This document shows positions 44,941-64,000 of a stretch of 64,000 bases of DNA, in pieces (position 1 is the first letter of the stretch; each line of letters opens with the position of its first letter). Below the pieces are notes generated by a model, which was not told the origin of the DNA, ran no database searches, and saw only the letters and a program-made list of their open reading frames with translations. This DNA comes from Chrysomallon squamiferum (Eukaryota; Animalia; Mollusca). Location: the NCBI GenBank assembly GCA_012295275.1, contig CM022676.1:1116001-1180000 (forward strand), in the 5' to 3' direction. Position numbers and translations under genes: made by a program.

Positions 44941-45001
44941 ATGGTTTGTTTTGTCCTCATATTTCTCTTTGTATTTCTGATAGAATACAGTTATGGCGCC
45001 G
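44941..45001 (+). pseudogene. Orphan inverted duplicate of lectin B exon 1 (signal peptide) with its upstream region
   Basis: Exact reverse complement of 48815-48875, followed by an intact GTAAGT. Flanks 44550-45190 mirror 48600-49270. Confidence 0.85.
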
Positions 45002-46272
45002 GTAAGTAAATGTCATTATTTATTAATAGAATGTTTATTTATACTTGTTTTCTTCTGCATGAACAAAATGTTTACAGTCACACCAGCTGTTTCTGTATGA
45101 ACAAAATGTTTACAGTCTCACCAGCTGTTTCTGTATGAACAAAATGTTTACAGTCACACCAGCTTTTTGTATATGAACAAAATGTTTACAGTAATACCAG
45201 GTTTCCTGTTTATAAATAAAATATTTACAATAATACAAGGTTTTCTGTTTATAAATAAAATGATACCAGGTTTTCTCTTTATAAATAAAATGTTTACAGG
45301 AATACCAGGTTTTCTCTTTATAAATAAAATGTTTACAGTAATACCAGGTTATCCAATTTGCTGACAGGCTATGACAGGTCTCTCAGTCCATGTGCAAACT
45401 GACAGTTCTACCACTGGATTTTATATTACTGTGTATATGTTTGTGTATCTTATATACTTAAATGTGTGTATAAATGTGTGTCATAGTACGAGTATAAAGG
45501 AGAGTGTGTATGTTGTATATAAGAGTGTGTGTGCGTGTGTGTGTTTGTGTATGTGTGTTTGTGTGTCTAAGGGTGTGTGTGAAGGGTGTGTGTGTAAAGC
45601 ATTGTTTAAATCGCTATATCAAATTAGATGAACAATGATTTTGTCATTCTAAAACTTTCTAAATACACATAGAATAATCTTTAAACTAAGTCTAGTGTGA
45701 ACTATCTGCACATTTTTAAAAAAGGTTGAAGTTGTTTCTCTGATCGTGTGTTGGGTTATGATGCTGTAAGTTCAGTCTGTGTAATGCCTGAACAGGAGTC
45801 GAGGAAATAATCCAGTATAAACTTTTTGTTATTTCAGAACTATTTTACTAATTTCTTCCGATAGATTAACGGAATTTCTCCAATTTAAATTTATATATAT
45901 ATGAAAGAAGAAAAAAAAAAGATTAAATAAATAAAAATAAATATTCAAATAAACAATCAAACAAATGTAATAAAATAAAATAAATAAATAAATATGATAA
46001 AACGAACAAACAATCAAACAATAATTAATTTAATTTAATAGAAAGAAGAATAAAGGTAATTACGATGCGTGAGGTGTGTGTGTGTTTGTGGGAAAGTGTA
46101 TGTGTGTATGTGTGTTTGTGCGCGCGCGCGTTTGAAAGCAGTTTCAGGTTTCATAACAAGGCTTCGGTGGGTAACAACCATAACAACAACAATTAAAACA
46201 TGTAAACTTTGAGTTATTTTAATTTAAAATTCTAGACCGCTGACTACAAGCTCTCTGAGATCTTCATTAAGG

Positions 46273-46687
46273 TTAAGAATAATAATAATATTCATCGATC
46301 TGGTCCGGTTCATCTTTCCTGAAAACAAAATAAATACAGTATTAGTTGTTCATGTAACTATACTTTAAAACATTCGCAAGAATTATTTGTCTTTTATTTC
46401 AGATTAGGCCTGCGTGTTAACAGGATGCACATTGCTGCATTATTATTATAGTGACAGAGGACGTTATTTAAGGATAAATGGTATAATGCAAATGTTTCAA
46501 AGCATTTTAAATTAGTTTCATACCATATTTCTAATATTTATCTTCTTTAACTTTAACTAATAATATAAAATTAATAATTTGTTTTCTTTTTTCAACGCTC
46601 ATTTGTGAGCCGCAAAATAATTACAGTATATTCTCCAAACACCCAATCAATGTACGATTTTATCTTTTTTAATTTATTACAATAAAC

Positions 46688-46784
<97 letters not shown>

Positions 46785-47361
46785 TTGTGTGTATGTGTGT
46801 GTTAAAATAAATGCATAGCATAACCATAATTACGAAATGATAAGGCGTAAAATTGCGATGCTAACTTAGGTAGCGGCATTTCGCAAACTCCATACGCTAT
46901 ACGACGACATGCGATATCAAACCAGTACCCAGTCTTCCTCGTTATCATCAGACAATCTTCATTTCCAAAGTTGTCGTCTGGTTGGTTCTTTTCCCAGTTA
47001 GTGAACACGAATTCGCTCCTAGTGTTAGCCCAAAGCCAATGACCTTCTATTAACTGGTCACTTCCGGCCAACCAGAACCTTGTAGCAGCTGAATTAGGAA
47101 AAGAAAATTAAAAGTGTTACGTTTATCTGTAAAATTATATAAGGAAATTTAACAGTGTTACGTTTAAGTGTAAAATAATAAAAAGAAAAAATTAACAATG
47201 TTACGTTTAACTGTAAAATAATAAAAAGAATATTAACAGTGTTACGTTTAACTGTAAAATTATAAAAGGAAAATTAACAATGTTAGGTTTAAATGTAAAA
47301 TAATAAAAAGATTACTAACGTTTTAATGTATGTGTTTAATACCTTATTAATTACAAGTAGA

Positions 47362-47421
<60 letters not shown>

Positions 47422-48875
47422 TGTTGTTGTTGTTGTTTTTTTGGTGCTGGTGGTGTTCCTTTTGTTAACTGTATTTCTAAAATTTATAGTTTTTGAGTCA
47501 TTTGTAAATTTAAAAGATATTTGTAAAATCTACTTACGAAATTTTTTTACCAATTCCTTTATAAAATCCTGTTCCAACTGAGAATCGATTTCAGCCAAAT
47601 ATGAAGCTCGCTCTTTACATATCAACTATAATATACATAGATATATTTATGCATACAAACATACATACATACAAACATGCATACGCACGTACATGCATAA
47701 ATAGTATTAATGTATTCTCTTTCATTCAACATATATACATATATACACACACCTTTCATACATATATTTCTCTTATACACACAGGAATACACACCTGTAT
47801 CCTCTCATACAACTTATACATACACTCTCCTTTATACACATACTGTGACACACATTATACACCTACAAGTAAATACTCTATTGTAGAGATACGCAGATAT
47901 TTACACAGTAATATATGATCTACTTTTGTACTATACTGTTATACAATACAAAGGAAAAAGTAAATATAACATACAGACATTCCTTTCCAATTGCCGACAT
48001 TTCGCGGAACGTAATAACATGATTCCTCAAACTTAACCCAAACATCAGGACAAGTCTCCTCTTCTGTATTAAAAAAAAGTAAATGACTCGAATGATCTTA
48101 CAAGAAACAAAAGTTAAACATTTTACATTAAAAACACATTTATAATTTTCGTAAATTCCACCAGACACCTCAGTATAAGTTAAAATATTCTTGCACCTAA
48201 AGTAAATTCTGTGTGCATGCAGTCATAAAATATTCTAACCAGTGTGTCAGTTTGCACGTACACTGGTAGATCTGTCAGTATTCTGTCAGTTTACATGTAG
48301 ATTGGTAGAACTGTCAGTATTCTGTCAGTTTACACATAGTCTTGTAGAACGGTCAATATTCTGTCACTGTACATATAGACTGGTAGAACTGTCAGTGTTC
48401 TGTTAGTTTACATATAGACTGGTAAAACTGTCAGTATTATGTCAGTTTACAAATAGATTGGTTTTAATGTCAGTATTCTGTCAGTTTACACAGAGTCTGG
48501 TAGAACTGACTGTATTTTGTCACTTTACACATAGACTGGTAGCAATATCAGTATTCTGTCAGTTTACCCATAGTCTGGTAGAACTGATTGTGAACATTTT
48601 GTTCATACACAAAAAGCTGGTGTGACTGTAAACATTTTGTTCATACACAAAAAGCTGGTGTGACTAAACATTTTGTTCATACAAAAGAAAATTGGTATTA
48701 CTGTGAACATTTTGTTCATACAGAAAAAGCTGGTGTGACTGTAAACATTTTGTTCATGCAGATGAAAACAAGTATAAATAAACATTCTATTAATAAATAA
48801 TGACATTTACTTACCGGCGCCATAACTGTATTCTATCAGAAATACAAAGAGAAATATGAGGACAAAACAAACCAT
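46273..48875 (-). CDS. Secreted single-domain C-type lectin B (perlucin-like, QPD motif), 168 aa
   Basis: Exons 48875-48815 (MVCFVLIFLFVFLIEYSYGA), 48063-47975 (CPDVWVKFEESCYY), 47625-47538 (CKERASYLAEIDSQLEQDFI), 47088-46866 (FWLAGSD…WLW…FTNWEKNQPDDNFGNEDC…WFDIAC…VCE), 46318-46273. 507 nt, open frame. Confidence 0.92.
48245..48590. repeat. About 40-bp intronic minisatellite
   Basis: Tandem 'gtcagtttacacatagactggtagaactgtcagtattct' variants. Confidence 0.8.
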
Positions 48876-49517
48876 TTTACTTTTAGTGTATGATAGCCTT
48901 TTATTCCTATTTTTGTTTTGTTTTGTTAGCAATCGAATATCTGTCTAGAAAGGGAGGTGAAAATAAAACCGTATGTGTATAAAAAAAAGTAATAATAATT
49001 TTACAATTATGATCAATATAAACTTGTAGAAGGACTGTGAAATGCATATAAATTATACGTAACGAAAGCATGTGACAAGAAACGCTAAAAACAGAAAGGT
49101 CGTGACTTGCATCCGCATTTTCTACAGGTTTGTGTGAAACTTTGCCTTCCAGAACAAAACAAAATGTCAGCGAGTCAGAAACAACGTGCTATAGTCTCAC
49201 TTAATCTGATGGCCAAAAGTTTAAAACGAAGATAAAAAATAAATAAATCATTGTTATTATTACTTTGAAATAACACAGTTAGAAATAAACTTTATATCTG
49301 ACAGTAAAAACATTTCCTGTTTCCATAGCAACAAAAACAAGTGTACCAATCTACCAGTGTTTCTTTGTACACGAAATAACGTGACCACTAATTAATTTAA
49401 TTTAAAAAATTAAGAACTATCTTTAAGTGTTCGTCATCGCGTATTATCTGGTGAAAGGGTTTTACGGATAGTTAAACACAACTTTGGTTAGTGACTAAAG
49501 TCGGCTTTTAAAGGCAG

Positions 49518-49568
<51 letters not shown>

Positions 49569-50288
49569 CCAAAACGAACTAGCAGTAGCAGTAGTAATAC
49601 CAGTAACAGTAATACTAATAATAATAGTAATTGTAATAATATATTTCATAGTAATAATATTGTAGTAGTTGTAATAATGGCAGTAGTAATATTACTGAAG
49701 TAGTAAAATCGTATTAATATCAACAGTAAATATTTCAGTATTCATATTTGAAAAGAAGAAAAACATGAAAGGTTTTCATTACTTAATATAATGACAACTC
49801 GTGTGAAAGAAAATGAAAATATTGTGAAACTGGAATTACTGACGTATGGAAGTGAACATTCCCAAACTGAAAAGTTGTTAAGTTAAAAATAAACGATCGT
49901 TCATCTCACCTCTATGGATGCGTGAATTGAATCATTTTTTGTCAATGACGTTGTAAAACAATTACCTTCAAATGTTACCCTGACTTTATCGAATGTTTAA
50001 GAATTATGTCGAAAAGAATGAATACTTCATTTTCAGTAAAGGTGATATTACTCATTAAACGTGGGATACAAGAAACAATTTTACCTGTAGCCAAGAATAA
50101 ACATAAAACCCTGTTTCTTTATAGATAAAGTGAAAACATTTTTAACTAATTAAAACAGAAACTGCAGAACTAATAACAATAACGTGATAATAATATGTCT
50201 AATAATAAAAGAATAATTTTCAATATCTAATCATAATGCAAAGTAGTAGTAGTAGTAGTAAAAGGTCATAATAATAACTTAATCACAG

Positions 50289-51040
<752 letters not shown>

Positions 51041-51041
51041 A

Positions 51042-51190
51042 GATAAGCACGTGAAGCAAATGAGTAGGACGCGAGATGCTGGCAGAATGTTGTGTTGGTC
51101 GTTGCGTATCTGAAGCTCGCTCGTTACTCGGAGATTTGCTTGCAACTCAAAGCAAAAAGATGAAGCACTCGTAACTCGATGTACCACTCT
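51042..51190 (-). mobile_element. 5' terminal fragment of the same Tigger-like family
   Basis: 'cacgtgaagcaaatgagtaggacgcgagatgctggcagaatgttg' matches the reverse complement of 10378-10428. Confidence 0.6.
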
Positions 51191-52281
51191 ATATGTGTGT
51201 ATTATCTCATCATATAAAATTAGTATTGCTTGTTGGTGCTGCTGCTGCTATTATTGTTATTATTGTTGTTGTCACTGTTGTTGATGCTGTTGGTCAATTA
51301 ATATATTAGTCATCACTATCAGTGTCAGGTCTTTCTGTAATATAATTTTATTTTATTACCAGAGTGAAATGTCAGTAAAACAAACAAAACATATCTGTTT
51401 TTCTAATTTGGATTTATATTGAAAAACATTATTTTTAAGAATATATATACACACACGTACATACATACATATATACGTATACCTACGAGTATAGTATTTA
51501 CAGTTTCCGATCACGTAATATATGGTGTGAAATTCTGACAAATAAAATGTTCATAACAACATGGGAAAAAGCCTGAGGACTATATTAATATGTATACTAA
51601 TTCTATATAGTTTAAATTTATTCCACGTACTTAAATGTTTTAAAATTATTATTATATTTGGGTACAAAAAATAGTGGTGTGTGTGTCTGCGTGTGTGTGT
51701 GTAAAATAGGTATATGCGTATACTGGGTTAGCCTTTGTGTTTTGTATGTGTATGTGTATGTGTATGTCTGTGTGTATATGTATGTGTATGTGTCTATGTC
51801 ATTGTGTGTGTGTGTGTGTGTGCCAGTGTGTAGCTGTTTGTATATGTGCATGTGTACGTGTATGTGTGTGTGAGTGTGTTTCTTTGTTCTCGGAGTCCTG
51901 TGAGGTATAATTCAAAATGCAAAACATTTTTGAAAAACCAAGAAATCTTCAAACAACGAATGCTGAATGTTTATTATTATTATTTTAATTATAATTGTAA
52001 TCATCATTATCATCATCATAATCATCATCATCATCATCATTATTATTGTTATTATTATTAATGTTGTTATTGTTATTTCTGTTATTGTTGTTGTTGTTTT
52101 TGTTGTTGTCCTTGTGTTGTTGTTGTTGATGACGATAATGGTGAGGTTGTTGTGATTGACGTTTATTATAATTATCGTTGTTATTTCTCAAAAACAGCAA
52201 TTATGTTAATCAATAGCAACTATAAACAAATATCTGCCTTGACTATATACACGTGTCTGTTTGTGTACCTATCTACGTGTG

Positions 52282-52327
<46 letters not shown>

Positions 52328-52601
52328 TATTATTATTTATTTATATATGCACAGCCAGTAGATTATTTATGAAAACATGTGGTTAAACAACTAAACACAT
52401 TTTAATATTAACGACGTTTGAAAAATGATAACATAAATGTTCATCCTCTGTCTGTTCTCTCTGAAAGCTATTTCACTGTGAGCTCGCGATCACATTGATA
52501 GTAAAAAAAAAATTATTATTATTTACATGTAGTCTTTTTGTACTCTGCTCTCTTTTCAATTGTTATTTCGATGAATGGAAATCGATATTAAACGCTCTGT
52601 A

Positions 52602-64000
<11,399 letters not shown>

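Overview
AT-rich, microsatellite-dense, intron-containing animal DNA. The Ig and lectin types point to a mollusc; a cephalopod is my inference. All gene models were spliced by hand from GT-AG sites and frame continuity, with no transcript evidence. (1) A family of receptors built from a signal-peptide exon plus tandem IgV-like/IgC2-like exon pairs. One member is intact (16562-25706; SP-V-C-V-C-TM-tail with an ITAM-like YxxI-x9-YxxL, 628 aa). Two are decayed (11069-14887 on +, about 5400-9850 on -, arranged head-to-head around a Tigger remnant). A fourth SP-V-C unit lies at 27942-29353. (2) A large inverted duplication (about 30840-45190 vs 48600-58390) carries two near-identical Ret/Cad96Ca-like receptor tyrosine kinase TM+kinase modules. 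The minus-strand copy keeps a native ectodomain (at least 4 Ig + Ca-binding EGF, running off the window). The plus-strand copy has lost it, and its TM exon splices in frame to the fourth V-C unit, giving a predicted 647-aa chimeric RTK. The same variable Ig recognition module therefore appears wired to an ITAM-like tail, to a kinase, and possibly to a soluble form. This looks like a paired immune or recognition receptor system assembled by exon shuffling. (3) Two C-type lectin genes lie between the kinases. Most ORFs in the supplied track are microsatellite artefacts.
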